Shown here piece after piece: positions 29,784-38,295 of a stretch of 50,339 nt of DNA. Location of the stretch: positions 1 to 50,339 of the forward strand of contig JAKBHL010000005.1 of NCBI GenBank assembly GCA_021836725.1, written 5' to 3'. Under the pieces are notes generated by a model. It worked only from the letters and a program-made list of their open reading frames with translations, did not search any database and had not been told where the DNA came from. Every line of letters starts with the position of its first letter. The stretch's first letter is position 1. The position numbers were made by a program, and so were the translations under genes. The DNA comes from a bacterium. GTDB lineage: Bacteria; Patescibacteriota; Minisyncoccia; Phycocordibacterales; Phycocordibacteraceae.

Positions 29784-30575
29784 TCAGGAAAGTTCCGCGT
29801 ATATCGGATTGTGATCCGAACCGATGCGATCGCCGATGACGGATGCGTGCAAGACGCGCAGCGTGCGGGAGGCAAGGATGTGATCAAGCTGCGAACGCGC
29901 AAGCGAATGGGTGACAGTGCCGCGCAGGGCATTCTGCAGCGCATGTGAAGCGAAACGCTCCTCGATACGCGCGCGTTCGCGCCGGTGGAACACGGCATCC
30001 GCCAGGCGCCCCCCGAAAAGCCAATTCAAGGGCGTGATGTGAGGCGCCTCGAGAATGTTGAAATCGCCGCAGACAAGTATCGGTTGCGACGGATCGGCGT
30101 GCGAGAGCGCATAATCGAATTCTTCCTCCCGCAACGCGGGAGTGAGGAGCGGTAGATGCAGGTTAAAGACGCGGATCGTCCCCGATGGCGTTTCGACATC
30201 AGCGTACAACGCATGCCGGTTCCCGAGAGCTTTCGCCCACAATCGCGCGGCGAACATGAATTGCCGGAACATTCTTCCGCGAAGCGGCAGATCGGATTCG
30301 TGGTGCGAAAGTGGTATCACGCCGGATGCGCGCAGCGGGTAGCGCGAAAGTATGACGCCATAGTGCGTCGCGCGTTCCTTCTTGAAAAGCCGGTCGGTTT
30401 CAGGAGCCGCAACGACCGGGAACGGAAGCGTCTTCAGCCGGGCGAGGAAATCTTCGGGTACTTCCTGCAGGCAAAAGATATCGAAATCGCTTTGCGCGAT
30501 GAATTCAAAAGCGCGCTCGCGCTCGCGGTTGCGGAAGAACATGTTCCAGGAATAGATTTTCATATCCTGTGCCAC
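29784..30575 (-). CDS. Endonuclease/exonuclease/phosphatase family protein
   Basis: SWN, DIFCLQEV, NLHL, CGDFN, LDHIL, SDHNP. Confidence 0.88.
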   Translation of the reverse strand: MAQDMKIYSWNMFFRNRERERAFEFIAQSDFDIFCLQEVPEDFLARLKTLPFPVVAAPETDRLFKKERATHYGVILSRYPLRASGVIPLSHHESDLPLRGRMFRQFMFAARLWAKALGNRHALYADVETPSGTIRVFNLHLPLLTPALREEEFDYALSHADPSQPILVCGDFNILEAPHITPLNWLFGGRLADAVFHRRERARIEERFASHALQNALRGTVTHSLARSQLDHILASRTLRVLHASVIGDRIGSDHNPIYAELS

Positions 30576-31414
30576 GCGCCGAATTCTTCCTTGATGAAGC
30601 CGCGAAGCTCGAGCGCGACGAGCGCGGTGAGAAGGTCGCCCGCGCTCGCGCCGCCGGTACGGAGGATCTCATCGCGGCTTTTCGGCTCCGCGAGCAATGT
30701 CAGAAGCTCTTGCTCGAGCCCTTCGAGTTCCGGCGCATCGGAAATCATGTCGGACGTGCGCGGGACGATATGAAGCGCTTCGAGTATGTGAACCGGTTCG
30801 GCGACGAGGACCGCACCGAGACGGATGAAAAGATGCGAACCGAAAGCGTGCGGATCGCCGATACGGTGAGGAACGCAGAGCAGTTCGCGATTGTAATCGG
30901 CCGCGAGCCGCGCGGTGATGAGCGTGCCGGATTTCGGACCCGCCTCCACCACAAGGACCGCGTCGGCGAGCCCGACCATGAGACGGTTGCGGGAAGGGAA
31001 GTCGTGCGGATGAGCCTGATACTCCGGCTCATGTTCGGAGAGAAGCGCGCCGCCGGCCGTGAGAATTTCCTTCGCGAGCCCGAGATTTGCACGCGGGCCG
31101 ATGACTGAATCGGCGAGTCCCGAACCGGGAACGGCGATAGTGTGAAGCCCCGCAGCCAGCGCCGCCCTATGCGCGCATGCGTCAACGCCGAGCGCGAGCC
31201 CCGAGACTATAGAAACGGGATATCCCGCGAGTCCGGCAATCAATTTTTGACAGGCTTCCTGCCCGTAGCGCGTCATCGCACGCGACCCTACGACCGTGAG
31301 AAATTTCGTTCCCGTTTCCGGTAACGTGCCACGCACCCACAGCCCCTCCGGTTGTTGCGGTATCTCGAGGAGTTGTGCAGGCCACTCCACCGTGGCGAGT
31401 TCACGTATGTCCAT
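30560..31414 (-). CDS. dprA: DNA processing protein DprA
   Basis: VVGSRAMTRYG, IVSGLALGVDACAH, FPSRNR, EAGPKSGTLITA. Confidence 0.93.
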   Translation of the reverse strand: MDIRELATVEWPAQLLEIPQQPEGLWVRGTLPETGTKFLTVVGSRAMTRYGQEACQKLIAGLAGYPVSIVSGLALGVDACAHRAALAAGLHTIAVPGSGLADSVIGPRANLGLAKEILTAGGALLSEHEPEYQAHPHDFPSRNRLMVGLADAVLVVEAGPKSGTLITARLAADYNRELLCVPHRIGDPHAFGSHLFIRLGAVLVAEPVHILEALHIVPRTSDMISDAPELEGLEQELLTLLAEPKSRDEILRTGGASAGDLLTALVALELRGFIKEEFGAWHRI

Positions 31415-31420
31415 GAGGAG

Positions 31421-31428
31421 AGTATACT
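31421..31428. promoter_or_regulatory. Palindromic -10 box shared by divergent dprA and serS
   Basis: AGTATACT gives TATACT on both strands, 6 nt from the dprA ATG and 9 nt from the serS ATG; 23-bp intergenic region. Confidence 0.6.
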
Positions 31429-31437
31429 AGGTCGCAC

Positions 31438-32709
31438 ATGCTCGATATACATTTCATTCGGGAGAACGCCGCTCTCATAAAGGCAGGCGCGACAAAGAAA
31501 CATATGGATGCGGATATCGACGGCCTACTCGCGGTCGACGACGAACGTAAACGGCTGCGGCAAGAACTTGATGCGAAACGCGCGGAACAGAACCGCCGCA
31601 GCAACGAGATCCAGATTGCCAAGGGCGCCGAACGCGAAAAGATAATCGAAGCGATGCAGCACCTGAAAAACGGCATGGCCGAGAGCGAGGAACGTCTGAA
31701 GAACGTGATGCTCGAATGGCAGCGGCTCATGCTCACGGTGCCGAACATTCCCGACATGTCGGTACCGGACGGTGTAGATGATGCGGATAATGTAGAAGTG
31801 AAGAAATGGGGCGAACCGACGGCGTTTGGCTTTGCGCCCAAGGACCACATCGACATAATGACCGCGCTCGACATCGCCGATTTCGGGCGGGGAGCAAAAG
31901 TAGCCGGCTTCCGCGGCTACTTCCTCAAGGGCGACGGCGTCCTCCTCGCCAATGCCGTCTGGCAACTGGCGCTCAAGCACTTTTCCGCGAAAGGGCTTTC
32001 GCCCCTGAGCGTTCCGTCCTTGGTGCGCCGCGAGGCATTTCTCGGCACCGGCTACCTTCCGCAAGGGGAAGACGATCTGTACAAGACCCAAGACGGGGAA
32101 TACCTCGCAGGCACTGCGGAAGTGGCGACGATGGCCTACTACATGAACGAGACCATAGACCTTTCAAAACATCCGGTGCAATTTCTTTCGTTCTCGCCCT
32201 GTTTCCGGCGCGAGGCCGGTGCGCACGGAAAGGACGTGCGCGGCCTCATCCGCGTGCACGAATTTTTCAAATGGGAGCAGGTCGTCCTTTGCAAAGCGGA
32301 ACACGACGAGTCGGTCCGCCTTCACGAGTGGCTCAACCGCAACACCGAAGAGTTCATCGAGCTTCTGGGCATCCCCTATCACACGGTGGCCAACTGCGGC
32401 GGCGACTTGGGCCTCGGACAGGTGAAAAAATATGACATCGAACTGTGGGTTCCCGGAGAGAACACCTATCGCGAGATAAGCTCGGCATCCTATTTCCACG
32501 ATTTCCAGACGCGCCGGCTCAATATCCGCTACCGCGATGCGGAAGGGAATCTCAAATTCGCCCATTCCTTGAATTCCACCGCGATACCGACGCCGCGCAT
32601 CCTGGTTTCGATCATTGAAAATTACCAGCAAGCGGACGGTACGATAAAAGTGCCGGAAGCTCTCGTGCCCTATGTCGGAAAGAGCGTTATCGGCGAAGCG
32701 GGGCGGTGA
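31438..32709 (+). CDS. serS: Serine--tRNA ligase
   Basis: MLDIHFIREN, coiled-coil arm, LAGTAEV, CFRREAG, GLIRVHEF, KKYDIE, EISSAS, HSLNST. Confidence 0.97.
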   Translation: MLDIHFIRENAALIKAGATKKHMDADIDGLLAVDDERKRLRQELDAKRAEQNRRSNEIQIAKGAEREKIIEAMQHLKNGMAESEERLKNVMLEWQRLMLTVPNIPDMSVPDGVDDADNVEVKKWGEPTAFGFAPKDHIDIMTALDIADFGRGAKVAGFRGYFLKGDGVLLANAVWQLALKHFSAKGLSPLSVPSLVRREAFLGTGYLPQGEDDLYKTQDGEYLAGTAEVATMAYYMNETIDLSKHPVQFLSFSPCFRREAGAHGKDVRGLIRVHEFFKWEQVVLCKAEHDESVRLHEWLNRNTEEFIELLGIPYHTVANCGGDLGLGQVKKYDIELWVPGENTYREISSASYFHDFQTRRLNIRYRDAEGNLKFAHSLNSTAIPTPRILVSIIENYQQADGTIKVPEALVPYVGKSVIGEAGR

Positions 32710-33604
32710 GCGGCTCTCAGCGCGGCGGCGCAAGCGCCGCCGCCGCGCATTCATCGCGCTTTGCGCGCTCGTCTTCCTTTTCCTCGGTGCCCTTGTGTAC
32801 GGACTGCAGCAGCCGGGCGTCCGCATTTCACATATCGAGGTCTATGGCGTCGATGCGTCGGCCGCGTCGATAGCGAACGAAGCGATGCGGGGAAGCTATT
32901 TCGGCATCATTCCGCGCAATTCGACTTTTTTCCCGCCCACCGCGCTCATACGCGCAGACCTGCTTGCCGCATATCCCGGGGTAGCCGCAGTATCGATTTT
33001 CAGGAACGGATTTACCGGACTCTCGATCAAGGCAGATCCCCGCACGCCGCTCGCGCGCTGGTGCGGTTCCGCTTCGGCGTCGTCCTCGCCGGAAGATTCG
33101 CCTTTGAAGGAAGTACTACCGGCGGCATCCGGCGATTGCTATCTCTTTGACCCGAGCGGCTTCGTGTATGCGACCGCGACCGAAGCATTTCCTTTCTCGG
33201 GAACCGCTTCATCCTCTTCCGTCGGCGCCGGATCAAATCCGGACCAAACGCTCGTACCGTATGTTCTTTTTGATCCGCTTGCTTCTCCCGCAACCTCGCC
33301 GGTGGGCGCAACGCTCAAAAACGCAAGCCAATTGTCCAGGGTTTTTGATTTTGCGCAGCAAATAGGATTGCTCGGCCCTTCGGTCGGGACCATCGTCATC
33401 CGCGGTCCCGAGGTCGATTTTTTCCTCGCGACTTCCACATACGGCGCTCCCGCCGGATTGCGTATCACCTATCTTCTCGGCGATGAACAGAATGCTCTGA
33501 CCGCGCTCGTTTCCGCAAAAAGCCAGCTTGATCTTTCCGATCCGACTCTCGAATACGTCGATTTGCGTTTTAGCGGAAGGATCTATCTTAAAAAACGGAG
33601 CTAG
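32672..33604 (+). CDS. FtsQ/DivIB-like cell division protein
   Basis: Basic N-terminus, one TM helix, POTRA-like ISHIEVYG, C-terminal EYVDLRFSGRIYLK. Confidence 0.65.
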   Translation: MSERALSAKRGGERLSARRRKRRRRAFIALCALVFLFLGALVYGLQQPGVRISHIEVYGVDASAASIANEAMRGSYFGIIPRNSTFFPPTALIRADLLAAYPGVAAVSIFRNGFTGLSIKADPRTPLARWCGSASASSSPEDSPLKEVLPAASGDCYLFDPSGFVYATATEAFPFSGTASSSSVGAGSNPDQTLVPYVLFDPLASPATSPVGATLKNASQLSRVFDFAQQIGLLGPSVGTIVIRGPEVDFFLATSTYGAPAGLRITYLLGDEQNALTALVSAKSQLDLSDPTLEYVDLRFSGRIYLKKRS

Positions 33605-33741
33605 AATCCATTTCAAACCCCCATTTCCCCGCTCGGGTATGCGACAGAAAGGAGTACGCTGTCTTTTTCTGCTGAAAAAGCAGCTCGTACTCGCGTCGTC
33701 ACGCTCCGTAAGCCTCTTTCTGCCGCATACCTGAGCGGGGG
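33602..33741. repeat. Dispersed structured element, copy 3
   Basis: TAGAATCC...CCCCGCTCGGGTATGCGACAGAAAGGAG[core]CTCTTTCTGCCGCATACCTGAGCGGGG; begins at the TAG of the ftsQ-like gene. Confidence 0.9.
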
Positions 33742-33794
33742 CATTGTGGCAATTCTGGGGTGCCGTGTTAGAACTGTCAGCATAGGACTCTGTT

Positions 33795-34766
33795 ATGGAA
33801 TCATTCTGGAATCGCTTGCCCAAGCCGTTTTTCGTCATGGCGCCCATGGCGGATGTCACCGACGCGGCGTTCCGCGCGCTCGTAGCGAAGCTCGGCGCCC
33901 CGGACGTGTTCTGGAGCGAGTTCGTCTCGGCGGATGGCCTCTACCACACGCGCGAGATAGGAAAATTGCCCGACCAGAGGAATCCGCTCATGCGCGATCT
34001 CTTGAAGAGCGAAGCGGAGCGGCCGATAGTAGCGCAGATATTCTCGAAGCATCCGGATATGATCGCGTACGCGACGAAGCTCGTCAACGATCTCGGGTTT
34101 GACGGCGTCGATCTCAATATGGGTTGCCCCGACAGGAGCATCGAGAAGCAGGGTTGCGGGGCCGCGATGATACGGGACCCGAAAGCCGCACAGGCGGTCA
34201 TTGCCGCGGCAAAAGAGGCGAGCGGTCTGCCGGTCTCGGTGAAAACCCGCGTCGGCTACGCGCACGAGTCGCTCGATGAGTGGCTTCCGGTACTGCTTGA
34301 GGCGGCGCCCGCCGCCATCACGCTCCATCTGCGAACGCGCAAAGAGCTGTCGCTCGTGAGCGCCAACTGGGAGCTGATGAAAAAAGCGGTCGCTATCCGC
34401 GATCGTATCAATCCGAATGTGCTTCTTATCGGCAACGGCGACGTCAAGGATATCGCGGACGCGAAGGTGAAAATCGCGCAGTCGGGATGCGATGGAGCCA
34501 TGCTCGGCCGCGCGATGTTCGGGAATCCATGGGTTTTTTCAGGAAGGAAGAGCGAGGATACGCCGCTTACAGAGAAGCTCGCGGCGCTCATCGAGCTCGC
34601 GTACGGGTTTGAAAAGCTCTCGCCGCCGAAGAATTTCTCCATACTGAAGAAACACATCAAAGCGTTCGTGGCAGGATTCGACGGCGCCGCCGAATTGCGC
34701 GCGAAACTCATGGAAGCTGAAACGGCCGCCGACCTCGAGCGCATACTGTCTGAAAATCCGCTATAA
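33795..34766 (+). CDS. dus: tRNA-dihydrouridine synthase
   Basis: MAPMADVTD, DLNMGCP, PVSVKTR, TLHLRT, IGNGDV, MLGRA..GNPW. Confidence 0.92.
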   Translation: MESFWNRLPKPFFVMAPMADVTDAAFRALVAKLGAPDVFWSEFVSADGLYHTREIGKLPDQRNPLMRDLLKSEAERPIVAQIFSKHPDMIAYATKLVNDLGFDGVDLNMGCPDRSIEKQGCGAAMIRDPKAAQAVIAAAKEASGLPVSVKTRVGYAHESLDEWLPVLLEAAPAAITLHLRTRKELSLVSANWELMKKAVAIRDRINPNVLLIGNGDVKDIADAKVKIAQSGCDGAMLGRAMFGNPWVFSGRKSEDTPLTEKLAALIELAYGFEKLSPPKNFSILKKHIKAFVAGFDGAAELRAKLMEAETAADLERILSENPL

Positions 34767-34773
34767 TCAGCGC

Positions 34774-35799
34774 ATGGCACATCAGTCCCTCTACCGTACG
34801 CACCGTCCCGCCGCGTTCAAAGAGGTGGTAGGGCAGGAACAGGTGACGAAGCCGCTTGAAGAAGCCGCAAAGACGAAAAATATCGGGCACGCGTATCTGT
34901 TCGCCGGCAGCCGCGGGCTCGGGAAGACTTCGGTCGCCCGTATTTTCGCGCGAGCCATCGGATGCTCCGAGCGCGACCTCTACGAGATCGATGCCGCAAG
35001 CAACAACAGCGTCGAGGACATCCGCGCGCTTACCGAAGGCGTTTATACGTTACCGTTTGAATCGCCCTATAAGGTCTATTTGCTCGATGAAGCGCACATG
35101 CTCTCGAAGAGCGCGTGGAACGCGTTTTTAAAGACACTCGAGGAGCCGCCTGCGCACGCAGTGTTCATCCTTGCGACGACCGAACTTGAAAAAGTGCCGG
35201 AAACAGTGCAATCGCGCTGCCAGGTATTCGAGTTCAAAAAACCGTCGCGAGCCGTGCTCGCAAAGATGACCACTGCAATCGCAAAGAAAGAGGGGTATGA
35301 ACTCGCACCCGATGCGGCTGAACTCATTGCGATGCTGTCTGAAGGTTCGTATCGCGATGCGCTTTCCGTCTTGCAGAAAGTGCTCGCTGGCGCGAACGAT
35401 ACAAAACTTTCCCGTGCCGTGGTCGAGCAGGCGACGGGCGCGCCGCGCCGCGAGCAAGTGCACGCACTCATTGCCGCGCTCGCAGGGGGCAAGCGCGGCG
35501 CGGCGCTTGCCGCAGTGGAGCGCGCGGCGGAATCCGGCATCGACATGAAGCTCTTTCTCGAGCTTGTCATCGAGGCGCTTCGTGCGGTACTCCTCATACG
35601 CTATGCGAGCGAGCTCCGCGCCGCGCTTGAGGCCGAGCTTGGCGCGGATGAATTCGCCGCGCTTGAGAAATTTGCGAAAGAGCAGGGCATCACGCACGCG
35701 ACCATGCTTTCTTTCCTGACCGCCGCAGACCGCATCCGGTATGCGCCCATTCCTGCGCTTCCCCTGGAGCTCGCCGTTCTTGAACTCTTTCCTGAATGA
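34774..35799 (+). CDS. dnaX: DNA polymerase III subunit gamma/tau (short)
   Basis: LYRTHRP..F.EVVGQ, HAYLFAGSRGLGKTS, EIDAAS, DEAHML, LKTLEEPP, SRC. Confidence 0.92.
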   Translation: MAHQSLYRTHRPAAFKEVVGQEQVTKPLEEAAKTKNIGHAYLFAGSRGLGKTSVARIFARAIGCSERDLYEIDAASNNSVEDIRALTEGVYTLPFESPYKVYLLDEAHMLSKSAWNAFLKTLEEPPAHAVFILATTELEKVPETVQSRCQVFEFKKPSRAVLAKMTTAIAKKEGYELAPDAAELIAMLSEGSYRDALSVLQKVLAGANDTKLSRAVVEQATGAPRREQVHALIAALAGGKRGAALAAVERAAESGIDMKLFLELVIEALRAVLLIRYASELRAALEAELGADEFAALEKFAKEQGITHATMLSFLTAADRIRYAPIPALPLELAVLELFPE

Positions 35800-36608
35800 C
35801 CGCACCGCGCTTCTTGAACCGCATCCTTGCTCCCATCGTTACGGTTACTCTCGTAGCCGGTGCCGCGTATGCCGTCTATCACGCAAGCCCGGCGCCCTGC
35901 TCGACCCCGATTGAGTACAGTCTCGGCACATTTGACCCTCGTTTCGGCGAAAGCCGCGCAAATTTCCTCACAGCCGTCGCATCGGCGGCGAAGCTTTGGG
36001 ATAGTGCGGCGGGGCGAGAGCTTTTCGCATACGCGCCAAACGGCGCTCTGAAGATAAATCTCATCTACGACTCTCGCCAAGCCGCGACGAATCTCGGCAA
36101 GAAAATTAGCGCGGAGCAGGCGGCATACGATGCGCAAAAAAGCACACTCGATGCCCTTCAGGCGCAGTACGAAAACGACAAACAGAGCTACGAAACGCAG
36201 GTCGCGTACTGGAACGCTCGCGGAGGCGCTCCGGCAGGCGTCTACGCCACCCTTGAGAGCGCGCGGCAGAAACTCAATAACGAAGCGGATACGATTAACA
36301 CGGATACGGCCGCGTTGAATGCGATGGCGGCGCAAACGAATGCGAAAGTCGGCACGTACAACACGGCCGCAGGCACCGATTTCAACGAAGGGGAGTATAT
36401 ATGGGACAGCTCCGGTTCACGGATAAACGTCTATCAGTTCGAAAACCAAGACAAGCTCGTGCGCGTGCTCGCACACGAGCTCGGGCACGCGCTCGGCCTT
36501 GCGCACAACACGGACCCCAATGCCATCATGTACGCCTATAACCAGGGAACTGCGGAGAAGCTCACGGCCGCGGATGTGAGCGAGCTCAAAGCGCTGTGTC
36601 ACCTCTAA
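35796..36608 (+). CDS. Matrixin-family (metzincin) metalloprotease with coiled-coil insert
   Basis: HELGHALGLAH, Met-turn AIMY, N-terminal TM/signal segment. Confidence 0.85.
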   Translation: MTAPRFLNRILAPIVTVTLVAGAAYAVYHASPAPCSTPIEYSLGTFDPRFGESRANFLTAVASAAKLWDSAAGRELFAYAPNGALKINLIYDSRQAATNLGKKISAEQAAYDAQKSTLDALQAQYENDKQSYETQVAYWNARGGAPAGVYATLESARQKLNNEADTINTDTAALNAMAAQTNAKVGTYNTAAGTDFNEGEYIWDSSGSRINVYQFENQDKLVRVLAHELGHALGLAHNTDPNAIMYAYNQGTAEKLTAADVSELKALCHL

Positions 36609-36655
36609 TTCCCGCGCATGTCCGACCGGAGCGTAAAATGCTAAAGTGTTTTCAT

Positions 36656-36726
36656 TGGGGGATCGTCTAATGGTAGGACAGGGGCCTTTGAAGCCCTCAA
36701 TCTAGGTCCGACTCCTAGTCCCCCAG
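36656..36726 (+). tRNA. tRNA-Gln(TTG)
   Basis: TGGGGGA acceptor stem, GGGGC-CTTTGAA-GCCCT anticodon arm; atypical T-loop GGTCCGACTCC. Confidence 0.9.
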
Positions 36727-36732
36727 CAACTG

Positions 36733-36869
36733 AGCGAGAGCGAAGGCGTACTGAGCTCAGCAGAGCGAATGTACCGATTCGAGATAGGTGAGGAGGTACT
36801 GAGGCTGGCAAGCCGAATGTGCCAACCTGAGCGAGGTTATCCCGCCTGAAGAGCATCGATTTACTCGCT
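36733..36869 (+). repeat. Nested structured region with two covarying TGA/GAAT hairpin units
   Basis: GTAC-TGA-GCTC-AGCA-GAGC-GAAT-GTAC (36748-36774) and GGTAC-TGA-GGCT-GGCA-AGCC-GAAT-GTGCC (36795-36823). Confidence 0.55.
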
Positions 36870-36905
36870 TTACTTCCGTCCTCTAAGCGATACGATATAC
36901 ATCAT

Positions 36906-37247
36906 ATGTATATGAAATCCTCTATAAATAAATGGCTGTTGTTGCTAGCGGTTCTCGTCGTGGCCGAATTAATTTTTCTTCTCTTAAGTCAGTTCTCTAC
37001 TCGAACGGTCTCCGTCTTGTCGGAATCCTATGGTTCAAACATGAACGAATACTACCTATATGTCCCCGGTGATGGTAAATCTACCTGCACATGGACCTAT
37101 AACGAAAACGGCACGCCACAATCCTTTACATCACAACCCGATCCACAGACAGGACAACATGATTTTATCTACGACTCCACGGTTTCAAATACTCAAGTCT
37201 CCTGTCTGAACGATCAGGGGCAGAAATACGTCGGCGAAATGCCCTAA
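36906..37247 (+). CDS. Small membrane-anchored protein, hypothetical (low GC)
   Basis: N-terminal TM helix, two Cys; start may be 36912. Confidence 0.65.
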   Translation: MYMKSSINKWLLLLAVLVVAELIFLLLSQFSTRTVSVLSESYGSNMNEYYLYVPGDGKSTCTWTYNENGTPQSFTSQPDPQTGQHDFIYDSTVSNTQVSCLNDQGQKYVGEMP

Positions 37248-37262
37248 GAGTTAGCCCCAGCA

Positions 37263-37814
37263 ATGGAAGCAGAAAGAGAAATTAAAGTTCCAGAAGTAAG
37301 CGATATTACAGGTATAAAGTCCCACAAATGGATGGTAAACGACCTTATTAAAACCATTCGGTGTGCCAAAGCAAATTATTTGGTTGCCCTCGGCTTATTT
37401 TGCTATACAGAGGCATTAGGTTTGCAACTCTTACAGTTCAGAGCAAGAAATCATAATAAGGGATTCAGCCCTAGAAAATGTTTTAATACTTTCGCTGCAG
37501 AATATCTTAACTATCAAGATGTCTTACAAAAACATTCTGATATCTATGGAATATTCAGAAATGGACTATGTCATGAGTATTTTATAAAGGTGAATCGTGG
37601 CGGCCAGGGTGGAGTGTCCATCTATTATTCTGATGATGCCGACAAACTTCGCTCCCAAGGAATTGACACTTCAAAGGGAATTGCTATTTCCAAGGACGGC
37701 AGGTTTAGATTTTTTGTAATAGAACCTTACTTAAACGATTTTGTTGCCGCCACCAGACGCCTGTCGAATGAAATGAAAAATGCTGATTGGGACCCCGATG
37801 AAATGACAATTTAG
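37263..37814 (+). CDS. Hypothetical protein with HEPN-like RxxxxH motif (low GC)
   Basis: IYGIFRNGLCHEY; AT-rich codon usage unlike the flanking genes. Confidence 0.6.
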   Translation: MEAEREIKVPEVSDITGIKSHKWMVNDLIKTIRCAKANYLVALGLFCYTEALGLQLLQFRARNHNKGFSPRKCFNTFAAEYLNYQDVLQKHSDIYGIFRNGLCHEYFIKVNRGGQGGVSIYYSDDADKLRSQGIDTSKGIAISKDGRFRFFVIEPYLNDFVAATRRLSNEMKNADWDPDEMTI

Positions 37815-37968
37815 AAATCCAGAGTGCTCAAAACGCGTCATTTAAAAATTCGCTCATAAAGACGAACGGAGCAAGCCGAGCTTGACCGCCAACGGTTCTA
37901 ACACGAGACGATCAGTTCTTCGCTCATCAGGGTCTGAGGAGTCCTCGACGAAGTGTAGAATTGCGGAT

Positions 37969-38217
37969 ATGTATTTCACGTACATCCTCTCCTGCGCCGA
38001 CGGCTCGCTCTATGTCGGCTCGACCAACAATCTCGAGAAGAGAATCAAACAACATAACGAGTCAAAACGCGGCGCTCACTACACTAAAATCCGGCGACCC
38101 GTCGAACTCAGATACCACGAATCGTTTGCCACGTTCAGAGAAGCTCGCCATCGTGAGGCCGAGCTCAAAAATTGGCGCCGAGAGAAGAAATTGTCTCTCT
38201 TCGCCCAGCCAGTTTGA
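37969..38217 (+). CDS. GIY-YIG nuclease family protein (UPF0213-like)
   Basis: [41 protein letters not shown]...AR.RE..LK. Confidence 0.9.
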   Translation: MYFTYILSCADGSLYVGSTNNLEKRIKQHNESKRGAHYTKIRRPVELRYHESFATFREARHREAELKNWRREKKLSLFAQPV

Positions 38218-38295
38218 GATGGGTTATCGCGTTCGAGTCGCTATCCTTGGACCTTTAGCGCTTTTCGCACCGGTCGGCTAGAATGATTCCAACCT

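Noticed and set aside
36748-36823. Hammerhead ribozyme (CTGA...GAA)
   Set aside because: The CUGANGA core and the GAAA-stem III-UH arrangement are absent; CTGA runs straight into the stem.
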